Shown one piece after another: positions 52,032 to 63,680 of a DNA stretch of 64,000 bases. The stretch lies in assembly GCA_002633005.1 (NCBI GenBank), contig NMRA01000092.1:839116-903115 (forward strand), in the 5' to 3' direction. The DNA comes from Phoronis australis (lineage: Eukaryota > Animalia > Phoronida). The notes under the pieces were generated by a model that was given only the letters and a program-made list of their open reading frames with translations, was not told the DNA's origin and searched no databases. Each line of letters begins with the position of its first letter. The stretch's first letter is position 1. The translations under genes were made by a program, and so were the position numbers.

Positions 52032-52072
52032 CGTTATCTTAATGGGCAATAGTGGGATATATCGTGCCCATA

Positions 52073-52129
52073 TTTTGAGAACCAGTTTGATGCCTGTTAT
52101 TCAGTGGAGAAAACTGGTTCTCAAAATGC
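52073..52129. repeat. Palindromic ~55-bp unit, identical to the core at 54668-54723
   Basis: ttttgagaaccagttt-(22 nt)-aaactggttctcaaaa-tgc. Confidence 0.8.
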
Positions 52130-52849
52130 AAACATGTTATATCCGACCTTTACATCTTAAAGTATTAAGCAGAGTCCACAGATTGCCATGTACATAATTG
52201 ACCTATCACCAAGATTTTGAGTGAACTGACCAATCAGAACGCAGCATTCTTGACACACCTTCGTTTCCAAGCCGCTTTTTTACCCTATAAACAACACGTT
52301 GCTGGGTAAAACATATTGTTTGTTTCTCAACATTTCACAAGGAGGCGGAGCTTGCGATAGGTCAATTGTTACCTGTTAAGACTAAGATAATCAAATGTTC
52401 AGCTGAGTTCTGGCTTCTTTCCAATTGTATTTCCTTTGTCAAAAGCTTGCCATGATCGCCATCTTTAAAAACCTTTGTTTTTGGATCGTGTGTCAGGATG
52501 GAATCCTTTGTTTTATTTATTAAATACCATGAGTTAGCATTCCGAGTTACACATGATAAAACCATGGACCGGATGGAGTACGCTGATTGTTTCAACTGAA
52601 AGATTGACCGCAGCTATCTTGACTTATTCTTGTTTGATGTTTGCCTTTTCAGTTTGTCTTTGTATTACGTGGGACGAGTGATGAAAATTTGTTGCAGATT
52701 TAACTGTTTATTACGCAGCATTTGTAACAGTATTTGTTTGTTAGTTCAATTGTTATATTGGGTAAACATTGTATGTCAAGTATTAATAAAAGTGTCAGAA
52801 TTAGTACAACTCACCAGTCTTTCTTAAGAAGTGTTAATTGATAACTACC

Positions 52850-53523
52850 TGAAGAAATCTGTACAGGCCATGCTTCTTACCATATGCGCATACATGTGGT
52901 GCAGATTGCCCTCTCTGGACATCCGCCATCTGCTGCTGTATTTCTTCAACTCCTTGCAGGATCTAGCAAGTGTTTTCCTGTCAACATGGCAACAGGTCAT
53001 GATGAATTTTAGCGGATCCAACAACCACTGTCAGTGCCCCTTAGTTGCAATATTTTTTATTTGTGTTTTCCTCTGTATTTTCAGAGTTCTCGTGTACGGA
53101 TTTTCATGAAATTTTGCAAATAGGTTTGCATTAAGGAGGCGACAATATATTTACATTTTCAGATGGATTTGTCCTATTCTGCACCACCTAGTGACCATTT
53201 TCATTGTTTTTTGATCTGCTTTTTTGGCGTCCGCTCCAGGGATCATTATAAAAATTGGCAGGCGTGTTCCTGCTGATTAGTTTGACTACTAGGTTGCACC
53301 CAGTGGCATTTTTTTTTGATTTTTTGTATCCACATCTGTGTCTCCTAAACCCCTTGCACCCTTTCAGGATCTTTGAGGCATTTGGCAGTTGTAGTCCACT
53401 ATGATGGTGACATTGGTATATTCTGTCCCACCATTTGTCCATTTTTATTATACTAATAAATGTCGCTAGAAGTGTACATTGTGTGGTACAGTTGTGGGCG
53501 CATTTAATGCTTTGCTCTTGTTT
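52850..53523. mobile_element. Helentron/HINE-like non-autonomous element
   Basis: Ends in ctcttgttt. Shares gtgcccc.tagt.gcaa, ggattttcatgaaa and tattctgc.ccacctagtg blocks with 59081-59780. Confidence 0.55.
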
Positions 53524-53633
53524 AAAAGCGACTGAGTTTTGTATTCTTTTACTGGTAACAGATCGCTCAAGGAAATACTTGAACCCGATCTATTTCCTGT
53601 GAATTCTAATATGTTGTTGTTGGTTTTCTGCAG

Positions 53634-53766
53634 AAGTTCAAAGAGATCAACTTAGCATTCATGCGCATCACTGATCCAGAATTTAAAAATGACAAAGACA
53701 TAACCATGGAAACGATGTATCAGCTGTTTCGGGAGGTGTTCTTCTCCAAAACAACAGAGCCTGCCG
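53634..53766 (+). CDS. TTC31-like: TTC31-like exon 3, J-domain helices III/IV
   Basis: ttttctgcag|AAG ... GCCG|gtaaat; KFKEINLAFMRITDPEF...LFREVFF. Confidence 0.9.
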
Positions 53767-54650
53767 GTAAATGTCAATTTAAACAACTACATAACAGAAC
53801 GGTGAAGAGAGAGTTTTATTTCATTTTTAACACCTTTAGTTTAACACAGTGCTACCCAAGACCTGGTGATGTTCTGGTTATTATTGTTAAGGCAGGGTTC
53901 GACATTAACAACTATCCCATTATCCGGGACATCCTAAAATTAGGTGCGTACAAGTTGAATTTCTAACCTGTTGTTCAAAGGGACAACTTAAAGTTTTTTA
54001 TAGTCGTGCACTTAGGACAATCTTATCTTAAACGCATGCTCACTTTAAGTAGTTTCTGTAACCTTTCTGCATCATATAAATTGCCAAGATTCCTTAGGGA
54101 ACTTGTCTTCAACCAGTGTTGGGCTTCAGTCTGTCGGTGTCGCAATTTAAGGGGACTAGCTCTGATTTTGTGCTCGGCCACGGTGGCCACTTCAAAACAG
54201 CCGTGAAAAACACAAAAAAATCCAAAGTAAACTTATTAACAGCATTACATGATTTGGTATACGTAATGATATTTGCAGTAAATGTTTGACGTCCTCATCT
54301 CCTATTATGTGACATTGACAACTAATGGCATTTTTTCTTTTTCGTTTTGCTGTCTGCTCTGTCCTGTGTCAAAAAGCAACAATGAGTTCAATAAACAAGT
54401 ATTTCAAAAGCGTTCTGCCACTGCCAGTGAGACCTCAGATTCCAAAGGTGTTTAAAGTACAAATAGTTATATATTCCTTCATATAGAGTTGTTCATAAGG
54501 ACAACCAGTCAAAAAATAATGTTTACCTGATTAATTGTCTAATCCTGCTTTGCACCTGACGATCCCAGCATCAAACCTAGTACACACTCACCTTGAAATT
54601 CATAATAAAGTAGATCATAAGAGTTTGATTGTGAGTTGGACTATAGTCAG

Positions 54651-54736
54651 TTACAAGGATCCCAGTCTTTGAGAACCAGTTTGATGCCTGTTATTCAGTG
54701 GAGAAAACTGGTTCTCAAAATGCGGTACCCCTGTAA
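54651..54736. mobile_element. Tiny palindromic MITE (Tc1/mariner-like TA|CA...TG|TA ends)
   Basis: ttacaaggatccc...tttgagaaccagttt...aaactggttctcaaaatgcggtacccctgtaa. Confidence 0.5.
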
Positions 54737-54832
54737 GTAACTAATGCCCAGTTACATCCTTGATATTAGCATGATAGTTTTTATGTAAACTAAGAAATAT
54801 CACATTATGTGTGAATTGTTTTTCATTCCAAG

Positions 54833-54901
54833 CTATCTATGACGTTTCGAGTGAAGATGAACTTTCATCAGAGGAAGATGTGATGATACCACCACCACAG
54901 G
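54833..54901 (+). CDS. TTC31-like: TTC31-like exon 4 (acidic linker)
   Basis: ttcattccaag|CT ... CAGG|gtgagt; AIYDVSSEDELSSEEDVMIPPPQ, phase 1-1. Confidence 0.8.
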
Positions 54902-55289
54902 GTGAGTGCACGTGACTGGGACGTGGTAACGTAATTGCCAACCATCGCCACTATTGTTAAAAAACAAGCCGTCTAAGGTGGCCTGGCATTACTTTTGTGA
55001 TCCTGTATTCATTCAAGATTATAAAAACAAAAAATATGGTTGGTTTTATTAGAAATTAGTATAATTCAGAAATGTGACCCATGGTTATGAAGTTTGACTG
55101 TTTATTTGACATTGGCTGTAGATTGGTACATACATAATTGTTATTTATTCTATATAATTATGCTGTATTTAGCATATTTGATATAGAATTAACTGGAGAT
55201 GTAAAATTGAGTGCATGTGGGATAAATCAGAAAGATATTTTGGGGTGTGTAAAGATCTCTATTATTGAAGTTATCTTGCCGTTTTTCAG

Positions 55290-55309
55290 GGAAACCGCTG
55301 ACGCCAGAG
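55290..55309 (+). CDS. TTC31-like: TTC31-like exon 5, 20-nt microexon (GKPLTPE)
   Basis: gtttttcag|GG ... GAG|gtaagt. Needed to convert phase 1 to phase 0, giving LTPE-EIAKNAEDL. Confidence 0.8.
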
Positions 55310-57062
55310 GTAAGTGGCTATTTTTTAGTGGTATAAAGAACATAAATACAAAGACATGAAAAACAAAATATACTCTTACCACACATACGCACACACGAAC
55401 ACACCCAACCCTTCACCATATCCACCCGCTTTTTAGCTAGGATGTTGTCAGGAAAAAGTTTCTCCAAGATGCATGGTATTCATCTAAATCACCATCATTT
55501 AATAAAATTCTTTGAATATAAAATTCTCTTTCTAATATCAAGAAAATGACAGAAACTGGGGATTATTTTTTACACTTAGATACATAACTATAATACTTTA
55601 ATTGCAAAAGAATCCAATTTAAAACTTTGTTTTCGTTAGCAAGCAAGAAATCGTTTTTTTGTCAATAATCAAATCACTAGTAACATACTTGCTAAAGATA
55701 GATTTCCTGTCTTACTATTTCATCATTGTGCCATAAATTTGTTGAGAGGAAATCATTTGCATTTTTATGGGAATGTCTACTTAATGAAAAAGGACGAGTT
55801 ACAGAGGTAATTGGTTTAAGTGTTTCATAAAAAGAGATCAACTATGAAGTAAAATTGAAAGAATTATTGGCCAGGAGACTATCTACATTGCATGGAATGT
55901 TGCAGAATATTGGGGAGATGCGATTTCACCCGTAGTGCAAATTATCGATCAGATCTCACATTCAGCTCGGCAAAATTTGTCCATAAATTCTGTTTCCTGG
56001 TATTAAAATACTAAAAACGTGCGAAAAAAGTGTCTTGTTGTGATGTTTACGCCACCTTGTGGGAAAAGAACACTTGATTGAAGAACCGGCGAAATATGTA
56101 TTGGCCAATACGTGGCTCTCTATTGTAAGATGCTGAAATCCTACGAATCTTATCGCTCTACAAATTAAGCGGAAGAATGATGGTAGAACGGTAATTGTTT
56201 TAGCACGCAAAGAAGTGTGTAGTTTGTAATGTCATTAATTTTATGTCAGATTTTAGTTGATCAGGTGCAAAGTGGTATATTCATACAGATTTGCACCCAG
56301 GCCAACTTTAGGTGTTTTTATTTGCATAGTATCACTACATGTGTAGGCATAGACTACCATTTGTTCTTGCCCATTACTGCAATTGTTATTTCAAGTTGTT
56401 TTTATCTGTGCGTACGGTAGGTCTCTTATTTAGCACACATTATGGACAAAAAGTGAAATTTTATTTTGTTAAATTTCTCCACAGATTAAGAACATTAGTC
56501 TATTACAAGCATGGTTTGTAATGTGTAGATGTCATAAAATAACATTTGAGAATCACATTATTTGCAAAAAAAAAGTAAACCAGCCTTTGAAAATTGTAAA
56601 GATGTCTATTCTGGCAATTACATTTGTGCGAAATAAGTGGATAGTTACCGTATATTATTTTTTGTGTATCAGTATTATGTGTACTGCACTGTACGCTTAG
56701 ATCATGTCTGTTGGAGAAGCATTCCAAGCGTAAATGGATAAGTAAATAAAATGTAATCGCAAAACTTGTGCACTCTTATGTTGAAACCAACGTTAAGTGT
56801 GTGATGGTCAGCGTGTTCCATCTCTCACAAAACCTTTTTTCAAGTTAACCAAACTTAGGGGAATTTTGCATCGGGCAGCATTCGGAAATTTGAAAATATA
56901 GAGCTCTATGTGAGGACGAAGCATTTTTCAGAAATTTCTATTACCATTGATTGCGTTAGCGTTATTAGTCCTGCCAGTGGTTAGAAATTCCTAAGCATGC
57001 ACTTGGGTCTTCCAACTGGATTGAATTTTCCTGTTGTTGATTGAATGTGGTTTATGTTTCAG

Positions 57063-57146
57063 GAAATAGCTAAAAATGCAGAGGATCTTATATCTGAAGA
57101 AGAAAAAGAGAAAAAGCGGGCTGAGAAACGAAGAGCGAAGAAAAAA
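57063..57146 (+). CDS. TTC31-like: TTC31-like exon 6 (charged coiled coil)
   Basis: EIAKNAEDLISEEEKEKKRAEKRRAKKK, resembling the TTC31 NAxELxxEEE..KAEKK segment; canonical ag/gtgagt. Confidence 0.9.
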
Positions 57147-57367
57147 GTGAGTAAGCCTCCCAACTGTTGCGGGGAGCATGTTTCATTTTGACGAATTTCT
57201 GTCGTCAAACCCACATTTGAATATTTAACACATTGTTTGTCCATTCCTTGTTTATTTCGTTTACTTTTTAGTAAGAGCAATTCACGATGTCACGTGTTTC
57301 TTTAAAAACAAAGTAGCTAAGAGTGTTATTTTTGTTGTCAGATTAAAAAATCATGTTTCGCTTTCAG

Positions 57368-57505
57368 AGACGTCGAGAAAAGAAAAAACTGGAAAAGCTA
57401 GCGGAAAACTCTGATGATAAAAATACTAAACAAAGTGACAATGTGTCAAAAACAAAAGAACAAAGACTCCCAGACGGCCATGACTCGTCTGATCCTGAAG
57501 ATACG
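57368..57505 (+). CDS. TTC31-like: TTC31-like exon 7
   Basis: ctttcag|AGA ... ACG|gtaagt; RRREKKKLEKLAENSDDK...DSSDPEDT. Confidence 0.88.
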
Positions 57506-58109
57506 GTAAGTTGAACACAACAACGTGCCAGTCACATGCCATCGAGGGGTGTGCATTGAAATTGGCGTGGTTATGTAACAGTGGCACCCCTACCGACGTG
57601 TTGGTAGCTTTTATTTTACTTTGTGCTTGCTGGTTAGCTGCTGCTCAGCGGTAGAAAATTAAACAGGCTTGCAAATTTCTAACCAATCAGGTGGGAGTTT
57701 CAGTATAGACTTATGGCCTGAGTGTGACTTTGGGGTAAATGCAATCATGCATACCAGAATAGAAAGTGACCTAGTTTCTAAGACGGAACCCCGTGATCCA
57801 GAACAAAATTCAGCTGTGACGCTAACTTTAAACCTGAATGTTAAGAAAACTTCCTTGTCTTAAATGTGGGTGTTCATAAATGAGTGTTTTTGGTTGAAAT
57901 TCAAATATGTCTGTAGTTATATTGCTTCCAGCACTAGCCGATTTGTAGGGGTAGCCATCTTTTTGTGTTTCTTTTGTAGCCAAATTAGTGGTTACGCAGA
58001 GAATGTAAGGTGCTGAACATATATGTAACATCACTGTAAAGTGTTGAACTGTGCAGCGAAGCTGTGTTCTATTTGGGTGCGCTGTAACTTGAGTGATTGA
58101 TTTTTACAG

Positions 58110-58250
58110 AACTTCGACGCCAATGCCGCATTTTTTACAAAAGTCAACAAGAAAACAAAAACAAAAGGTTCAGAGATTATGGTGACAGCCAACAAAAAGC
58201 CAGATAAAAAAGATAAACAACAAAAAACAGCTGCAGAGCCTTCAGAACAG
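58110..58250 (+). CDS. TTC31-like: TTC31-like exon 8
   Basis: tttttacag|AAC ... CAG|gtatgc; NFDANAAFFTKVNKK...PSEQ. Confidence 0.87.
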
Positions 58251-58870
58251 GTATGCACATTTTTGGTGGTGTACTGCTGAGGTTGAGGACTGGCTTTGTC
58301 TTGCTGTCAGAATAGTGTTTGGCGAAGATCTTGGTGTTGGTTGCTTTTGGTACCTACCTCCTTTCATAGCGCCACCTGTGGAGAAGAATGTTTCTGTGAA
58401 ATTTCGATGAATGACGCACAAATATCCGTGTTGGGAAGCAGTGTGTATGCTTCAGTTTGTATGTTTGTCATAAACATTTGGTGCGAGAAATGTATAGTGA
58501 ATTGTTTGCTGTTCTTTGGATTTCTTGTTGTCTTGTGATTGAGTTGTAAAATGCAATATGAAAACTTGTGTTGAATGCATTAGTTTAAGTCTCCTCCTGT
58601 CGTTGCAGCAGCGACGAACCTCGAAGGGATTTCTCAATAGATGGAGCCGTGTATTTATGCTTATCTTGACACCCATGTAATGGGGAACTTTCCTGTATTT
58701 TTTTCAACCCGTCGCAATGTCCAAATGTTATTGTGTTCTGTTAGCCAATCAGAAGATACATTGCATGTTCCTTTACATGTGTTAGTTGTGGCACTGGGAC
58801 AGTGTGTGTTCGACTAGGTGCACATGGTGCAACACCTTGCCTATATGTCACGTTGTATTATATCTTGCAG

Positions 58871-58916
58871 GTCGAAGACTTGGACCCGATTGTGATAAAA
58901 AGTCGTCAGCTTGCCG
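58871..58916 (+). CDS. TTC31-like: TTC31-like exon 9
   Basis: tcttgcag|GTC ... GCCG|gtaagt; VEDLDPIVIKSRQLA, leading into the first TPR. Confidence 0.87.
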
Positions 58917-59080
58917 GTAAGTAGAATGTTTTATCTAAACAGTGGGGTAATTTGTCATTTTGTCATAAAGTTGATAGTTCGTTGTGTAGGTTTTGGACAC
59001 AGCTCGAACATGTTAATGAAATGACTGCTGGAGGATGGAGTGGTAATTAGTATTGTGGTCAGTAGACTTGTAGGATCATT

Positions 59081-59780
59081 TTTAATGCCCCCACATTTAC
59101 ATATGTGGGCGCGTATTGTCATCATCTCTTAGTGTCCACGCGTCCATTATCCACTGCGGTATCTTCTTAACGCCTTGCAGGATCTTAATAAGATTTGGCA
59201 GATGGGCTATGAAGCTGAGAACAGAAGATGACAAGTTTCAGGCTGATCTGACTACCGCAGTGCCCCTAGTGGCAATTTTTTATATTTAATAGCTCTATCT
59301 TCAGTGTTCATCTATGGATTTTCATGAAACTGGCTAACATGTTTTTATTGAGGAGAAAATAACATGTTCTCATTTTTTAGCAGATTCAACATATTCTGCG
59401 CCACCTAGTGGCATTTAAAAAAATTTTCGAGTTCTTTTGAGCGGGTGCTTCTATATCCACTAGACCACTCGAAGGTGAGAAGACTATGGCTGACCTTGAT
59501 TTTCGGACAGATTCAACTAGTCTGCTATCCCCTAATGGTGATTTTTTGCGGATGTCTAAACCACTCAAGCATTTATTTGTCTCTGTATCTTTGGAGTTCG
59601 TCAATGTTTGTCAAATAGTTTCCTGTTCTATTCTATACGACGATGCCTTCCCATATTCAGATGGGTCCATTGTATTCTGCGCCATCTAGTGACTATTTAT
59701 GATACTAATGAACACCCCTAAAGCATACCATTTGTGCTGCTGTTGTGGGCAAGTTTCACTGCCACGTGTTGGGTCTTGTT
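59081..59780. mobile_element. Helentron/HINE-like non-autonomous element
   Basis: Starts ttttaatgcccccaca...tgtggg (subterminal hairpin), ends gtcttgtt. Internal repeats carry gcgccacctagtgg. Confidence 0.6.
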
Positions 59781-60024
59781 CATGATTTTGATGACATCAT
59801 CAAGAGAACGGGTTTGTAGATGTTTTCACTCTGCCTAATGAGTTTCCTGAACTTTTTCAACCTAATGTACTCGCCTCCTGTCAATGAATACTTTCACTTC
59901 AAAAACCTCTCGACTTGTTTCAAGCTCAAGTAATTTCTGGGCTCGAGAAGAAGTGACAGTTTGTTATTACTTGAGACCAGACTGAAGAAAAAGGGTTGAC
60001 AGGCTTGCTGTTGTCCAATTGAAA

Positions 60025-60256
60025 GCAATGTGGCTGGAAATGGGTTGATCATGTGACTAAACTGAAGTTGGTAATTGGTAAATTTCGTGTTTCCTTGTTC
60101 CGTTAATGGCGCAAGCTAGCTAACCAAGATCATTATCAGGCAGTGTGGCTGGGAATGAGTTGATCATGTGACTAAACTGAAGTTGGTAGTTAGTAACTTT
60201 TGTGTTTCCTTGTTTAGTCAATGGCAACAAGCTAGCCAACCAGGGCCTTTATCAGG
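60025..60256 (+). repeat. Tandem duplication (115-bp period) of an intron end plus exon start
   Basis: tgtggctggRaatgRgttgatcatgtgactaaactgaagttggta...aatggc..caagctagc.aacca occurs twice. Confidence 0.9.
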
Positions 60257-60359
60257 ACGCCATCATGCAGTTTTCTGAGGCCATCAGTCTGGACCCAAGC
60301 GACTTCAGGTTTTTCGGCAATCGATCCTACTGCTACGATCGAGTAGGACAATTCGAAAA
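60218..60359 (+). CDS. TTC31-like: TTC31-like exon 10 (TPR1-2)
   Basis: tgtttag|TC ... AA|gtgagt; GNKLANQGLYQDAIMQFSEAISLDPSDFRFFGNRSYCYDRVGQFEK. Confidence 0.95.
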
Positions 60360-60746
60360 GTGAGTGTGAATGAGCCCAAAAATGGTATACATTGCAGTTT
60401 CAAAATCTTCAAGTACTGAACCATGCTGTATGAATAGAATGTGTTTCTGTTATTCGGCCGCAAATTTGTGATTGTAAGTCTGAGTATAAGGAATGCATCT
60501 TTTCTACAATACAAAATGCGTGCCTCAGCATACTTTCAGAAATGATATGGTTATGGATTTGTGTGAAATTAGAGTAACCTTTTGGATTTGGTTCTAAAAG
60601 TTGTAGTAACAGTGTGTGGGCTTATGTGCCAGATAGCAGACCTGAGTCTGTGACTGCCAAAGTTTACTCGATCATTGACTGGAAAATTAACCAATGAAAT
60701 CTTGTTGTTTCATGTCCTCTCATGCACCTTGCTGTGTATGTTCCAG

Positions 60747-60837
60747 AGCTTTAAAAGATGCTGACAGAGCCATATTTCTTTCGTCGGAGTGGCCAAAGGG
60801 ATATTTTAGAAAAGGAAGAGCTTTAGCAGGACTGAAG
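60747..60837 (+). CDS. TTC31-like: TTC31-like exon 11 (TPR2-3)
   Basis: ALKDADRAIFLSSEWPKGYFRKGRALAGLK; canonical splice sites. Confidence 0.95.
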
Positions 60838-61437
60838 GTAATTATATTCAAAGTGAGCCACGATTTATGCGAAGGAGGTCTTGGATTGTCTGACGAAAGT
60901 AGCTGGCACAAAGCTTGCTGTCCTATTGGTTAACTTTTAGTTCTGATACTCGTCTTATTTTGTAATTTATTATCTTGTGTATTGTGTTTTATGTTTTTCC
61001 AATAAGGTGTTTGTTACTGTGACGTTTAATTCCATTTTATTCTCATTAAAAGACAATCGCTTCACTTGTTTTGAGCAGAGATTTGACCTCGATTCATTTA
61101 GCACACAATATGGCTGACACGGGGAATTTTATTTGGTCAATCTTCTAAACAAAAGTAAACACTAAGAACTTTTTTTGTTTAGCATTGTGTGTGTAGTTGT
61201 GAAAACACTGCTATCATGAATTTTGATCACATACAGCAAAGTAGTCCGCATTTCTGGGCGATTTGACTCGTCTGGTACGAGTTGGAATGCCCAATCGGCT
61301 TATTGCGAGTCGGCCAAAATCTCAGCTCACATTTATTTTATGTTGGAAACGCAATCTGCTGCTTATTATGTCGAGCCTTGAAAACAGAGTGGTGATAGAG
61401 GAATATTCAGTCGTTTAACTACGTTGTGTTGTTGCAG

Positions 61438-61542
61438 CTCTACGCTGATGCTGAACACTCATTTATGCAAGTATTAAAACTGGATCGTAACTGTGAGGAT
61501 GCAATGCAGGAACTGTTACGTGTTCGGACTCATCAAATCACA
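61438..61542 (+). CDS. TTC31-like: TTC31-like exon 12 (TPR3 and capping helix)
   Basis: LYADAEHSFMQVLKLDRNCEDAMQELLRVRTHQIT|gtaagt. Confidence 0.93.
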
Positions 61543-62141
61543 GTAAGTGCTGTTAACCTTCAGGTTATTGTTTATCTTGGATATGTGGAAGTTAAGAAAG
61601 ATTCCAATTTGGCCAACTTCGGAACATAACATCTCAGAGATTGCTGATCAAGTTCTTATGAAACTCACTGATACCAGGCTTTATGCATTATTCTCCAAAA
61701 CCTCACAAGGAATTGTTTTTTAATTGTTCCACTTTTGTACGAGTGGCTTCAAAATAAAACTCTAAAATTGCATAAAATGAAATAACTAAAAAACCGTAAC
61801 AATGTTTTTGAGGTTTTATATTGAGCATTTGCATTGAAAAGAATTTGTTCGTGTTGTTCATACCGTGGTTTTGCTGTCGATTTACCTTCTTCTTATGCTA
61901 GATTTGACTAAAAAGATGTGATCACGTGACCTAATTATTGGCAGATTGATAAAAGTAAAAAATTAAACTTTGCAGGCTTTTTATTTCATTAAATGCAATA
62001 TACACTTTCACTGAGTTAAAAATCTTTAGTTTAGTAGATAATGAGTTTCCTCTCCTTGCTGTACTAGAGGTTCCACTTACAATTTCTAATATTTGGAGGT
62101 TGTGTTTCCTGTTAGATAAGGTGTCATTTGCACCATTTCAG

Positions 62142-62232
62142 GAGATGGGTTTTTCTCAAGCACAAGCCGAGGCATCGATAAAACAGCACGGCTCTGTACA
62201 ACAGGCTTTAGACTCTCTACTGGCGGGCGTGG
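62142..62232 (+). CDS. TTC31-like: TTC31-like exon 13 (UBA-like)
   Basis: EMGFSQAQAEASIKQHGSVQQALDSLL shows the UBA MGF...A.....V..A..LL pattern. Confidence 0.9.
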
Positions 62233-62799
62233 GTAAGGGGTATTGTGTGTGGTTGGTGCTTACTGGTACAGTAAAACTTGGATGAACAGGGTGGGCGTGA
62301 TCGAATCAATTCTTCCCTTAACTTCTGCTGCACTGTAGTTCAAATTCATGCCCTCGACCCTTCAAATAAGGGAAATTTAGTTTTATTGAAGATAAAATCT
62401 TGGTGTTGTTGGATCCAACTAATGTCAGTTTTACGGTGTGTATCAATACCGACACACACACGACTTCTATTGGTTGAATTGGTGTACCATAAATACCCTG
62501 AAGGTGTGCTGCAGTGGCTTGGTGTATGAAACTTGGGTATTTAATTCTGTAAATGCCCTGGAGGTGTGATGCTAGGACTTGGTGTGTGAAATTTGTATAT
62601 CGTCTTGTGGGTTGTGCTGCGTGTTTTGTTGCTTGAGCACATCGAGCGCTGCTCTTTTTTGTGCAGTTTTAGGTGAGGTGAAACTTTTTATACAACCACT
62701 GATACGTCTCTTCTGAAACTGTTGAAAACGTGATTATATGACTTGTGCTTTGTAGCAACAGCAGCAGTAGTAGTAGCATCAGCTACAGTAGTAGTACAC

Positions 62800-63105
62800 C
62801 AGTGGCAGATTTAGGGGGGGGCCATGCCCCCCCTAAAATTCTACCAGATACCATTTGGCAGTTCGGGTGCAAATTTCTGACTACCACATGCGCACAACCA
62901 GGGGGGCTTGAGAGGTTTTAAAACAATGTAAGGGCCCTGAACAAACCCCGTTTGCCGTTTTTTTTTTTTTTAGTCAAAAGGTCTGCAAACCCAAAAAATT
63001 CGAGACCCCTGCATCCCTATATTTTAGGCTGAGTGCGTGCATCTCCCGAAATTCTGGTTATTCCTGTGCCCTGCCCCCCAACTCAAAATCCTGGATCCGC
63101 CCCTG
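62800..63105. mobile_element. CAGTGGC-family MITE with perfect 5-bp TSD
   Basis: tacac|cagtggcagattt ... ggatccgcccctg|tacac; same family as 6411-6540. Confidence 0.85.
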
Positions 63106-63571
63106 TACACTTTACTCGTGATAAAACAGATTAAAAATGCAGAACTTGTGGGGAGTCCATGAAGGACCTGAAGGGTCAGTTGACCACGGAGTCACCGTGA
63201 TGTTATATTGGCCGGCCAGCCAATTACAGACAAAAGAAAGTAGAATCAGTAGTCATGTAATAAAACAAATATAAATTGATCCATTGGGCATGTCAGTTAA
63301 GTGGACTTGGGGAATGCAATGTTGCCCAAGGCCAAAATATAACTTGACATGTCTTCACGATCATGGTGCGTCATACCTAATCCTTTGTTGTTTTGTAGTT
63401 GTAGTACTCTGTTCCCATGATTTCTGAATGTTTTAATATAGTTTTAAGCAAGCATTACCTTTGGCTTCGACTGGCGGGAAGTTGTTTCACTGAGTGAAAT
63501 CTTAGGACTGGGTTTTTATTCTGGTTCATGAATACGCGTATTGTTTAACACCTATTAACGCTTGGTTCCAG

Positions 63572-63680
63572 TAGCCGAGAGCTCACTCAATGAAGTCTAT
63601 ATGTCTGATGATGAAGAGGATTTCCAGAAAATTACAAACTTTCATCCAGCTCCCATTTCGGTAAAAGATCAAAAAATGGA
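63572..63680 (+). CDS. TTC31-like: TTC31-like exon 14; the gene continues beyond the window
   Basis: ttccag|TAG CC (NAGNAG) ... GA|gtaagt; VAESSLNEVYMSDDEEDFQKITNFHPAPISVKDQKM. Confidence 0.85.

Noticed and set aside
54378-54448. Open stretch TMSSINKYFKSVLPLPVRPQIPK after a pyrimidine tract in intron 3 of the TTC31-like gene
   Set aside because: Available donors are weak and in phase 0, incompatible with the phase-1 exon at 54833.
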